From NCBI GenBank assembly GCA_024277355.1, contig JAJRVL010000004.1, positions 180,001 through 212,000 on the forward strand: a stretch of DNA of 32,000 nucleotides. The letters are read 5' to 3'. The notes beneath the pieces were generated by a model. That model searched no databases. It worked only from the letters and a program-made list of their open reading frames with translations, and was not told the origin of the DNA. This document shows, piece after piece, positions 8,228-16,098 of the stretch. How positions within the stretch are numbered: position 1 is the stretch's first letter; each line of letters starts with the position of its first letter. The translations under genes were made by a program, and so were the position numbers. This DNA comes from an archaeon (GTDB lineage Archaea; Iainarchaeota; Iainarchaeia; Iainarchaeales; 1-14-0-10-31-34).

Positions 8228-8577
8228 AGCCGGTTTCGCCCGGCTGGAACGATGCACTATCTTCACTTCGTTCGATAGAGCTTCCTTAATTAAATAAAAA
8301 ATAAGAATTAGGGGAAGACGCTTTGCTTTTGCAAAGCGCTCCAGGGATTTTGTTCTGCAAAGTTCGTTTTTGTTAAACCTTCAGGAAAAGCAGAGGAATT
8401 TATTCCTCAATTTTGATAAAACTTTTCCAAAAAGTTTTAGGCAAAGGAATTAAGTTTTTGGCAGCAAACTAATTCTCTTTTTGGTATTTTGGGAGTTTAG
8501 AAAGTTAAGAAAGAAAGTGCTGCTGTTAAACATAAGGGGGTCTTAGTGGTCTAACAGCAGACACTTGTGTGGGAGTA
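8228..8577. ncRNA. Hairpin-dense non-coding island, candidate structured RNA(s), class and strand unresolved
   Basis: A 350-nt gap with no credible ORF. Hairpins: AGCCGG-TTTCGC-CCGGCT (8228-8245); CGCTTTGC-TTTT-GCAAAGCG (8319-8338); GAGGA-ATTTAT-TCCTC (8393-8408); TAAAACTTTT-CCA-AAAAGTTTTA (8417-8439). A 14-bp stem AAGTGCTGCTGTTA / TAACAGCAG-A-CACTT spans 8515-8566. Confidence 0.35.
8409..8438 (+). promoter_or_regulatory. Second copy of the tRNA-Val upstream palindromic motif
   Basis: TTTTGATAAAACTTTT (8411-8426) is identical to 1405-1420. AAAAAGTTTT (8429-8438) is identical to 1425-1434. Both copies are followed by AGG. Confidence 0.35.
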
Positions 8578-9045
8578 TTAACTTTTAATAAAGTATAAAA
8601 CTTTTTTTCCTGACTGAGCTTTCTTCAAATAGCCTTCTCTAAAAAGCTTGTTTAACCTTTGAGAGGCAGCATTAATTCCTTTGTAAGATAATTCTTCTTT
8701 AACTTCTGTTGCAGTAACAGCATTTTTCCTGGAAATTAAATCCATGATTTTTTTATCCTGTTCAGCTAACAAAATAAAAGAATTTTCTTCTTTTGTTTCA
8801 GGAATTTCTTTTGTTTTAAGCTCAAACATTATTCTGTCAAATTTATTGTTTACTTCTGAAAGTAATTTGTTTGTTGCTTCCCTTTCCTGTGCCAACTTAA
8901 ATAACAGCATTGAAACAAAGAACGGATCCTTGCTTTGCTGGAATATCTCATTAATGTCCAAAGTAAGTTCATCAAATTTAGGGTTTAACTTTTTTACAGC
9001 CTCCCTAGACTTCATTAACTCTTTGAACATATCATGATTATTCAT
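8578..9045 (-). CDS. Winged-helix DNA-binding protein (MarR/ArsR-like C-terminal wHTH), probable autoregulator
   Basis: 155 aa. The C-terminal part KKIMDLISRKNAVTATEVKEELSYKGINAASQRLNKLFREGYLKKAQSGKKVLYFIK has helix-turn-helix plus wing spacing. Palindromic operators overlie its promoter. Confidence 0.55.
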   Translation of the reverse strand: MNNHDMFKELMKSREAVKKLNPKFDELTLDINEIFQQSKDPFFVSMLLFKLAQEREATNKLLSEVNNKFDRIMFELKTKEIPETKEENSFILLAEQDKKIMDLISRKNAVTATEVKEELSYKGINAASQRLNKLFREGYLKKAQSGKKVLYFIKS

Positions 9046-9078
9046 GTCATATCATGATAGTATCATGATATTTAAATA
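9030..9078 (-). promoter_or_regulatory. Promoter/operator of the wHTH gene: TATA-like box plus three copies of palindrome TATCATGATA
   Basis: TATCATGATA occurs at 9050-9059 and 9061-9070 (perfect 10-bp palindromes) and TATCATGATT at 9030-9039 (inside codons 3-6). TTTAAATA at 9071-9078 lies 26-33 nt upstream of ATG 9045. Confidence 0.5.
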
Positions 9079-9130
9079 CTTTTCGTTTTCAGATTTCTCT
9101 TTTAAAAATAGTTATATAAATTTATATAAG

Positions 9131-9451
9131 TTATTTAAAGTTGAATTCTTTTCCCATATGGCTTATAATTAAAGATGCTTTTAGCATAAAAACAAAAAAG
9201 AAACCAACTAAAATTGTTCCTGGAAGCTGTCTTAAAAAAGGATCTGCAATATAAACTAATTCTGCTTCCATTAAAAAAGTCCATAAAGCATAAGGAAACC
9301 CACATAAAAGAACTGAAAGACTTAACCATTTTGTTAAATCCTTCATATGCCCTTGTGTAAAATCTTTATAAGCATTAAACAGTAATAAACCTGAAACTAA
9401 ACCTAATAAGGTTACTACAAACGAACCAAAAATTGTTATTGCAGAATCCAT
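9131..9451 (-). CDS. Small membrane protein (3 predicted TM segments), unknown function
   Basis: 106-aa ORF with three hydrophobic stretches. The overlapping 64-aa ORF in another frame is rejected. Confidence 0.5.
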   Translation of the reverse strand: MDSAITIFGSFVVTLLGLVSGLLLFNAYKDFTQGHMKDLTKWLSLSVLLCGFPYALWTFLMEAELVYIADPFLRQLPGTILVGFFFVFMLKASLIISHMGKEFNFK

Positions 9452-9508
9452 TTAATCATCTTTTTTTATTTAAGTATAATAAGAAAAGACTAGTATTTAT
9501 ACTTTTGC

Positions 9509-9550
9509 AAAAAGAAAAAAAAAGAAAAACAGTGCTACCTCAGATAGCAC
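9509..9550 (-). terminator. Hairpin plus T-run downstream of alba
   Basis: On the minus strand, GTGCTA-TCTGAGG-TAGCAC (9550 to 9532) is followed by TGTTTTTCTTTTTTTTTCTTTTT. Confidence 0.45.
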
Positions 9551-9560
9551 AACAGTTGAG

Positions 9561-9833
9561 TTATTTTGACATTAAAATTTCAATTGAAGAAACTTTTAAT
9601 GCTCCGCCTTCATCTGAAGAAATTTCTTCGGTTGAAGTGGAAATATTACTTATTTTCAAATCCTTAATGAATTTGTTTTTTACAATTTCTGAAACATCTA
9701 CTGCACGAGAAATTGCTTTTACTCTTGCTTTAATGCTTATTTCTTTTGCGCCTGCGTTAACTTGTGTTACAACAGCTAACACATAAGCCATTGTTCCTTT
9801 TTTTCCTATAAAAATTGTGTTTTCTTCTGCCAT
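9561..9833 (-). CDS. albA: Chromatin/RNA-binding protein Alba
   Basis: From ATG 9833: MAEENTIFIGKKGTMAYVLAVVTQVNAGAKEISIKARVKAISRAVDVSEIVKNKF. This matches the Alba signature IFIGKK...YVLA..TQ....E..IKARG.AISRAVDV.EI..N.F. Confidence 0.85.
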   Translation of the reverse strand: MAEENTIFIGKKGTMAYVLAVVTQVNAGAKEISIKARVKAISRAVDVSEIVKNKFIKDLKISNISTSTEEISSDEGGALKVSSIEILMSK

Positions 9834-9917
9834 ACTGTTTGCACCTCCAAATGCAATTGTGAATAAACTGTTATTGCTAAACATAATATTGTAAGTTTAG
9901 GTTTATTAATATTTTGA

Positions 9918-9967
9918 TAAAAAAAAATAAAAAAAAATAGAAGAAATATCTGAGACTATCTCAGATA
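9918..9967 (-). terminator. Hairpin plus T-run at the end of ORF 9956..10798
   Basis: A 9-bp inverted repeat TATCTGAGA / TCTCAGATA (9947-9955 / 9959-9967) has a loop that is the stop codon. On the minus strand it is followed by a long T-rich run. Confidence 0.45.
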
Positions 9968-10798
9968 CTTAAGGGTTGCATCAAATATTCCTTTTGAATA
10001 TCCTGGATCATAACCAAAATACAAACTTTTTCCTACAACTAATTTTTTTTCTACTATTGCAGGATATTGTTCTGCTTGGTTTTCAAAAGGAAATCTTTCA
10101 ATCCAGGCAACTTGTTTTCCGGTTACATTTACTGGAAAAGTTTCAAGCAAATAAGCTCCTCCTTCTGCTGGAGCTTCTTCTATGCCTCGCATAATTGGAT
10201 GCTTGTAGTCATCTCTGTAAATTTTTCCTGTTACATGAATTCTTCTTAGACAAGTTGGTTCATCTAATGAGCCTTCTTTGTCGCATTTAACTGGAACAAT
10301 ATTTCCAAAAGTTGCTTCCCATCCTAAAACCCCTGAATCATTTGTTCTTCGAATGCCTGAATCCATTACTAGAATGAATTTTCCGCCTCTTGAAACATAA
10401 TTTTGTATTGCTTCTCCTAATTGTCTTGAAACTTCTTTGTCTGCTTCTAAATGCTGGTCTAATACTACTATGTCATATTGAGCTAAAATGTCTTCAGCAT
10501 TAGTAGTTAAACGGTCTGCTTGTCTTACATCAAATCGAACTAAGTCTTTATCTTGATTTAAAACTGACTGGAATTCAACTGAAGGGCTTCCAATAATAAG
10601 CATATCCATTGGACCTCTGGTTGTTAATCCAGGAATACTCCAGAAACCAAATTGGTTCCCTAAAAAAGCAACTATTACAAGAATTAAAATTAAAGGAATT
10701 ATTCCTTCTAATGAATATTTTAGTTTTGACTGCATGCCTGAATCCTCTGGGAAATCCTGAGGCATTGGTTCAGGGCCTGCTCCTCCTTCATCATACAC
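9956..10798 (-). CDS. N-terminally membrane-anchored protein, paralog of 12216..13190
   Basis: 280 aa with an acidic cytoplasmic head and one TM (IIPLILILVIVAFLG). The ectodomain blocks are shared with 12216..13190; the aligned pairs are listed in the finding at 9956-13190. Confidence 0.6.
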   Translation of the reverse strand: MYDEGGAGPEPMPQDFPEDSGMQSKLKYSLEGIIPLILILVIVAFLGNQFGFWSIPGLTTRGPMDMLIIGSPSVEFQSVLNQDKDLVRFDVRQADRLTTNAEDILAQYDIVVLDQHLEADKEVSRQLGEAIQNYVSRGGKFILVMDSGIRRTNDSGVLGWEATFGNIVPVKCDKEGSLDEPTCLRRIHVTGKIYRDDYKHPIMRGIEEAPAEGGAYLLETFPVNVTGKQVAWIERFPFENQAEQYPAIVEKKLVVGKSLYFGYDPGYSKGIFDATLKYLR

Positions 10799-11061
10799 TT
10801 TGTTTCACCTTCCAATAAACGATTTATAGTAAATTAATTGTTTTTAGTTCTTTAAATATTTAATGTTTTTAAAGAATTAAAAGAATAATACTGTTTTCTG
10901 ATTAATAAAGGTTTTCCTTGCTTTTACCTTATTCAAAAAGTTAGAGCTTTAATGAATAGCTGATTATTTTCTAAATTTTCAATTCTGTCAAATAAAATAG
11001 CAAAACTAAACTATTTTTTCAATGCCGACAAGTACGCAGTTTATACAAAATATAAAAGATG

Positions 11062-12072
11062 CTATGAACAAATATCGTCAACGTTATCAAAAGAAAATTC
11101 GTTTAAAGAATGATGAAGATTAATTTTCAATAAAACGTTTTTTGAATTTTGGTTTTCATAATAAATTTTTATTTCAGTTAATTCATCTTCTTTTTCTTTT
11201 ATCGGAAAATAATACTTTGGATTAACTGGATATTCTGCTTCCCAACTTTTCCTTTGCATTGGAAAATAAAAGAAAGAAACTTTAGCTATTTCATTTGGTT
11301 CTAAATTATCTATTTTTATTTCTTTGAATGATTGTTTACAAGGAATTTTTTCCCCTAAAATTTTAGTATAATCAAGAATGTCATCATTACAAATAGTAAG
11401 AACTTTTCCTTTGAAAGCTTCATCTAAAGTTATTTCATTTTCAGATAAAACTTCATCAAAATTTGTTCTGGTTACCTTAAGAACAACATATTCATTTTCT
11501 TTTGTTATAAAATATTGTTTATCCCATAAGTCTTCAGGAGATTTTTTTCTGTATCCTGCACTAAAACTAAATCTTTCAATGTTTCCAAATTGAAGGTCTC
11601 CATTTGATTGAGTTTCAAATGAAAATTTTATTTGTCCGCTATTTGCGTCTCCGCTGTTAACTATCACAAAACTTAAAATAGGGGCAAAAATTGTCTGAAC
11701 ATAGTTTTCATCATATTTAACTTGGGTGCCAGCAATTACTGTGTTTCTTTCACGAGTGTTTTCTAATGAATGAATGCTTACTATCGGTCTTTCAAAAGAC
11801 AAACTCAAAGGCTTCTCTCTCGGCAAACCTTTTTCAAAATCACATTTTCTTATTTCAAAATTTAATTCATCTTGAGCATCAATAATAACATAGTCTGAAG
11901 GGAAAATACTCTCATAACTCAAAAAATATAAATCAATTTCCGCTTTCTTTGATTCTACAAATTCGTTTTCTGTGTTGTTTTCTTCTGATTCAATACAACC
12001 AGAAAGAAGTAAAACAAAAAGCAGACTAATCAAAGCAACTTGAAAAATTTTCCTGTTAGAATCCAGAAACAT
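11062..12072 (-). CDS. Putative lipoprotein, unknown function
   Basis: 336 aa. The signal peptide ends in the lipobox LLLSGC, followed by an acidic linker and beta-rich sequence. Confidence 0.6.
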   Translation of the reverse strand: MFLDSNRKIFQVALISLLFVLLLSGCIESEENNTENEFVESKKAEIDLYFLSYESIFPSDYVIIDAQDELNFEIRKCDFEKGLPREKPLSLSFERPIVSIHSLENTRERNTVIAGTQVKYDENYVQTIFAPILSFVIVNSGDANSGQIKFSFETQSNGDLQFGNIERFSFSAGYRKKSPEDLWDKQYFITKENEYVVLKVTRTNFDEVLSENEITLDEAFKGKVLTICNDDILDYTKILGEKIPCKQSFKEIKIDNLEPNEIAKVSFFYFPMQRKSWEAEYPVNPKYYFPIKEKEDELTEIKIYYENQNSKNVLLKINLHHSLNEFSFDNVDDICS

Positions 12073-12215
12073 CTAAATTATTGTATAAAAACATGTTTTT
12101 AAATGTTGTACAAAAAATCGTACAAATTAAATGCAATTTAAATTGACAAAGTCAAGAAATTTTTCTTGATGAGATTTTTTTAATAAAGGTTTTTTTTTAG
12201 GAATAAAAAATCACT

Positions 12216-13190
12216 TCATTCCAAAAGCGAATAATACATGTTTTCTATAAATAAATAAGTTTCAACCGGCTGGCCTTTCATTAAAAAAGTTTCAGGAGGA
12301 ACAGAATAATATACAATGCTTTCACCTAAACCTGAAGGAGAAGAAATCATTATTACCGGAAAAGTTGAACCATAATTTGTTCCTTTAGTTTTTATAATTC
12401 CTTTTTCATCAATAATTGAACTTAAAGCATCAACAGTTAAAATTTCAGTGTTTCTTTTATCTAGTCTTTTTTCAACTAAAGAAAAATTTCCTCTTAACTC
12501 AAAATTTGGATTTAAACCCTGAATTAAAGAATGAGTTTCTCCGGGAGTTTTTCTGAAATAACCAATAAAAGGCAAGTCATCTTGACATTCTTTTGCATCA
12601 CAATAATTTCCAATAAATTCAACTGACAAAAGTTTATCTAAAGAAACCTGATAGTTTCCGTCGTCTTTAATTAATTTTCTTGCCCAAGGACCAATAGGAG
12701 TATCTTCGCTTTCAGGATATCTTTCTGATTCCAATAAAAGCAAATCCCCTTTAACTGTTTCTGTTCCTGCATCTCCAATCCAGACTAATTTTCCGTTTGT
12801 AGGAGGAGAAGCATATTCAATAAATGAATTCATTTGCTCTGTACTCATTTTTTTTGCTTTATCAACAATAACTAAACTGTAATTTTTTAAAAAACCCGGA
12901 GAAATATTTTTTAAGTGAATCATATCTGCTTTTTTATTTAAATATTCAGGATGCTGAATTGCCTTCTGCAGTAAAAACGGATCACCTAAACCTTCATCTC
13001 CGTAAACAATCAGAATATTTGGTTCTCCTGCAACAGCATAATAAATTGAACACCAGCCAGGAACTGCAGAACATTTAACTACTCCGCTCCAGGTTAAAAT
13101 CCCTAAAATTAATGAAACTAAAACAAGCAAAGTAAGAATATGAAATGCATCATTTATCATTTGCCTTTGTTTTGGATCATACATTAACAT
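12216..13190 (-). CDS. N-terminally membrane-anchored protein, paralog of 9956..10798
   Basis: 324 aa with one TM (ILTLLVLVSLILGIL) and shared ectodomain blocks (see 9956..10798). Confidence 0.6.
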   Translation of the reverse strand: MLMYDPKQRQMINDAFHILTLLVLVSLILGILTWSGVVKCSAVPGWCSIYYAVAGEPNILIVYGDEGLGDPFLLQKAIQHPEYLNKKADMIHLKNISPGFLKNYSLVIVDKAKKMSTEQMNSFIEYASPPTNGKLVWIGDAGTETVKGDLLLLESERYPESEDTPIGPWARKLIKDDGNYQVSLDKLLSVEFIGNYCDAKECQDDLPFIGYFRKTPGETHSLIQGLNPNFELRGNFSLVEKRLDKRNTEILTVDALSSIIDEKGIIKTKGTNYGSTFPVIMISSPSGLGESIVYYSVPPETFLMKGQPVETYLFIENMYYSLLE

Positions 13191-13278
13191 TACCTTTTTA
13201 ATCTTTAATTAACAGTAATTAAATAGAATTTATTTCTTATTAAACTTTTTGTATTAAAAAGTATTAAAGTGATATTTT

Positions 13279-13452
13279 ATGGTAAAATTAACTCATGGAC
13301 CAGCTGCATCAGGACCAAGTTCTTCTTTAGGAATAATGAGGTTCTTTGATGTAGATACAGGCGGACCAAAATTATCCCCTGAATTTGTAGTTGGATTAGC
13401 TTTAGCAGTAATAATTTTAATTTTGTTATTAAAGAACTTTAATGTATTCTGA
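13279..13452 (+). CDS. Preprotein translocase subunit Sec61-beta (archaeal 'SecG')
   Basis: Hand translation (57 aa, below the track cutoff): MVKLTHGPAASGPSSSLGIMRFFDVDTGGPKLSPEFVVGLALAVIILILLLKNFNVF. It shows the G(L/I)xR(F/Y)(F/Y)...GPK(L/I)xP motif followed by a C-terminal TM tail anchor. Confidence 0.7.
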   Translation: MVKLTHGPAASGPSSSLGIMRFFDVDTGGPKLSPEFVVGLALAVIILILLLKNFNVF

Positions 13453-13494
13453 AATTAATTAACTTTTTTAACTACTTTAATGTTATCTTAGTAC

Positions 13495-16092
13495 ATGACA
13501 GAATTTTTTTCTTTAAACATTAAAGAAGTATTAGAAAAACTTAATTCAAATGAAAACGGTTTAACTGATTCAGAAGCATTTGAAAGAAGAAAAAAATTTG
13601 GTTTAAATAAATTACAGGAAAAAAAAGGAATAACTAAATTAGAAATTTTATTTAATCAGTTTAAAAGTTTAATTATCTGGGTTTTAATTGCAGCTTCATT
13701 AATTTCTTTTTTTATTGGAGAAACCATTGACGCATTAGTCATTTTAATTTTAGTTATAGTTAACTCTGCAATAGGATTTATTCAGGAATATAATGCAGAC
13801 AAATCAATTCATGCACTAAAAAAATTAATGAACTTAAAATCAGTCATTAAAAGAAACGGAAAAATAATTGAAGTTAACTCAGAAAATTTAGTGCCAGGAG
13901 ATATTATTCTATTAGAAGAAGGAATTAAAGTTCCGGCAGACATCAGATTAATTGAAGTGATTTCGCTTGAAGCAATGGAAGCTTCATTAACAGGAGAAAG
14001 CCAGCCGGTAAAAAAACAAACTGAAACATTAACTGAAAAAATTCATTTAGCTGAAAGAAACAACATGGTTTTTTCAGGAACAATAATTACAAAAGGCAAA
14101 GGAAAAGGAATTATTGTTTCAACCGGAATGAAAACAGAAATAGGAAAAATTGCAGATTTAATTCAGGAACAAGGAGAAGAACCAACTTTACTGCAAAAAA
14201 AATTAGCAGTATTAGGAAAATGGATTGCAATTGCAACAATTATAATTTGTATAATAATTTTTTTCAGCATAGTTTTGATTTCAGGAACTTCAATTGAAAA
14301 TATAAGCCAGGCGTTTATGGTTTCAGTTAGTTTAGCTGTAGCTGCAATTCCTGAAGGACTTCCTGCAATTGTAACTATTTCTCTAGCTTTAGGAATTCAA
14401 AGAATGGTGAAAAAAAAATCTTTAATCAGAAGACTGCCTGCAGTTGAAACTTTAGGAAGCGTTGATGTAATTTGTACTGATAAAACAGGAACTTTAACTA
14501 AAAATGAAATGACTGTACGAGAAATGTATTTTTCAGGAAAAAAAATTTCCATAAAAGAAAAAGAATTTACTGCAGAAGGAAAAAAAGAATTAGATTTATC
14601 TTTACTTTTAAATGCAGGAGTTTTATGCAATAATTCTGTTTTAAATGAAAAAGAAAAAATAGGAGATCCGACTGAATTAAGTTTATTGACTGTTGCAGTA
14701 AAAGCAGGAATACAAAAAGAAAAACTAGAAATGCATTATCAAAGAATAAATGAAATTCCTTTTTCTTCTGAAAGAAAATTAATGACTACAATTCATTCTT
14801 ATAAAGGAAAAAAAATTTCTTTTACTAAAGGAGGAATAGATGTAATATTAGATTTATGCACTAAAATTTTTGAGAACGGAAAAATAAGGACAATAACTTT
14901 TTCTGACAAACAAAAAATTCTTAATGCAAACCAGGAAATGGCAGAAAAAGCAATGAGAGTTTTAGGTTTTGCGTTTAAAGAAGAAAGAACAGAAAAAGAA
15001 GAGCAAATGATTTTTTTGGGTTTAATGGGAATGAATGATCCTCCAAGAAAAGAAGTAAAACTTTCACTTGAATTATGCAGGCAGGCAGGAATAAAAGTAA
15101 TAATGATTACAGGCGACCATTTACTTACCGCTAAAGCAGTAGCAAAAGAATTAGGTTTAGGGATTAATGCTTTAATTGGAAAAGAATTAAATGAAATTTC
15201 AGATGAAGAATTAAAAGAAAAAATTGAAGGAATAGATATTTTTGCTCGAGTTAATCCTTCACATAAAATGAGAATTATTTCTGCATTAAAATCAAATAAT
15301 CATTTAGTTGCAATGACTGGAGACGGAGTAAATGATGCTCCTGCATTAAAAAAAGCAGACATTGGAATTTCAATGGGAATAAAAGGAACTGATATTTCCA
15401 AAGAATCAAGCGACATGGTTTTAATGAACGATAATTTTTCTTCTATTGTTGAAGCAGTAAAAGAAGGAAGAGGAATTTACGACAACATAAAAAAATTCGT
15501 TAATTATTTATTGTCATGTAATTTAGGAGAAGTATTATTGATTTTTTCTGCAATAATTATCTGGAGAGATTCTCCTGAAATGATTATTCCTTTAATTCCA
15601 ATTCAATTATTATGGTTAAATATTGTAACTGACGGCCTTCCTGCTTTAGCTTTAGGTCTGGATCCAACAGAAAAAAACATTATGAAAAGACCTCCAAGAA
15701 ATTCAGCTGAACAAATTATAAACAAAAAAATGTTTTTGACTGTAATTTTTGTCGGAATAACAATAGCAATAGGCTCCCTTTACTTGTTTGCAATTCATTT
15801 ACCTGATTTAATGTTAGCACAGACTGTTGCATTTACTTCTTTAGTTGTATTTGAAATTTTCAGGCTGCAGGCAATACGTTCGAATTTTAATATTGGAATT
15901 TTCTCAAATAAATGGTTAATTGGAGCAGTTATTACTTCAATTGCATTGCAGTTAGCAGTAATTTACACTCCATTAAATGTTTTCTTTAAGACTGTTCCAT
16001 TAGGATTAGATTCATGGATGCAAATAATAGGAGTATCAATTGTCTTGTTTATTTTAAGCATAGGATTTAATAAAATAATAAAAGATAAGTGA
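13495..16092 (+). CDS. P-type cation-transporting ATPase, type IIA (SERCA-like, probable Ca2+ pump)
   Basis: 865 aa with SLTGES (actuator TGES), ICTDKTGTLT (phosphorylation site), MITGD and MTGDGVNDAPALKKADIGISMG. It has about 10 hydrophobic segments, and PEGLP is in TM4. Confidence 0.85.
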   Translation: MTEFFSLNIKEVLEKLNSNENGLTDSEAFERRKKFGLNKLQEKKGITKLEILFNQFKSLIIWVLIAASLISFFIGETIDALVILILVIVNSAIGFIQEYNADKSIHALKKLMNLKSVIKRNGKIIEVNSENLVPGDIILLEEGIKVPADIRLIEVISLEAMEASLTGESQPVKKQTETLTEKIHLAERNNMVFSGTIITKGKGKGIIVSTGMKTEIGKIADLIQEQGEEPTLLQKKLAVLGKWIAIATIIICIIIFFSIVLISGTSIENISQAFMVSVSLAVAAIPEGLPAIVTISLALGIQRMVKKKSLIRRLPAVETLGSVDVICTDKTGTLTKNEMTVREMYFSGKKISIKEKEFTAEGKKELDLSLLLNAGVLCNNSVLNEKEKIGDPTELSLLTVAVKAGIQKEKLEMHYQRINEIPFSSERKLMTTIHSYKGKKISFTKGGIDVILDLCTKIFENGKIRTITFSDKQKILNANQEMAEKAMRVLGFAFKEERTEKEEQMIFLGLMGMNDPPRKEVKLSLELCRQAGIKVIMITGDHLLTAKAVAKELGLGINALIGKELNEISDEELKEKIEGIDIFARVNPSHKMRIISALKSNNHLVAMTGDGVNDAPALKKADIGISMGIKGTDISKESSDMVLMNDNFSSIVEAVKEGRGIYDNIKKFVNYLLSCNLGEVLLIFSAIIIWRDSPEMIIPLIPIQLLWLNIVTDGLPALALGLDPTEKNIMKRPPRNSAEQIINKKMFLTVIFVGITIAIGSLYLFAIHLPDLMLAQTVAFTSLVVFEIFRLQAIRSNFNIGIFSNKWLIGAVITSIALQLAVIYTPLNVFFKTVPLGLDSWMQIIGVSIVLFILSIGFNKIIKDK

Positions 16093-16098
16093 AGCAAG

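Noticed and set aside
8228-8577. Calling the 8.2-8.6 kb and 25.96-26.17 kb islands SRP RNA or RNase P RNA
   Set aside because: I could not find the helix-8 pattern (AGG-stem-GNAR-stem-AGCA). CAGGAA(AA)GCAG has no intervening stem-loop. I also could not find the RNase P CR-I/CR-V elements (GGAAAGUCC, ACAGAA). The second island is also too short. Class left open.
8530-8577. tRNA-like D-arm sequence GGTCTTAGTGGTCTAAC, or a split tRNA half
   Set aside because: No consistent acceptor/D-stem pairing could be drawn, and there is no T arm or anticodon arm nearby.
9433-9884. Plus-strand ORF 9433..9786, and the 17-residue N-terminal extension of the Alba ORF (9834..9884)
   Set aside because: The plus ORF is antisense to Alba. 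The extension MFSNNSLFTIAFGGANS precedes the canonical Alba start MAEENTIFIGKK and has no counterpart in Alba proteins.
12152-12169. 18-nt palindrome TCAAGAAATTTTTCTTGA between two surface-protein genes as an operator
   Set aside because: It is a single A/T-rich copy that could equally be a weak terminator hairpin. There are no repeats of it elsewhere in the window, so the evidence is insufficient for a call.
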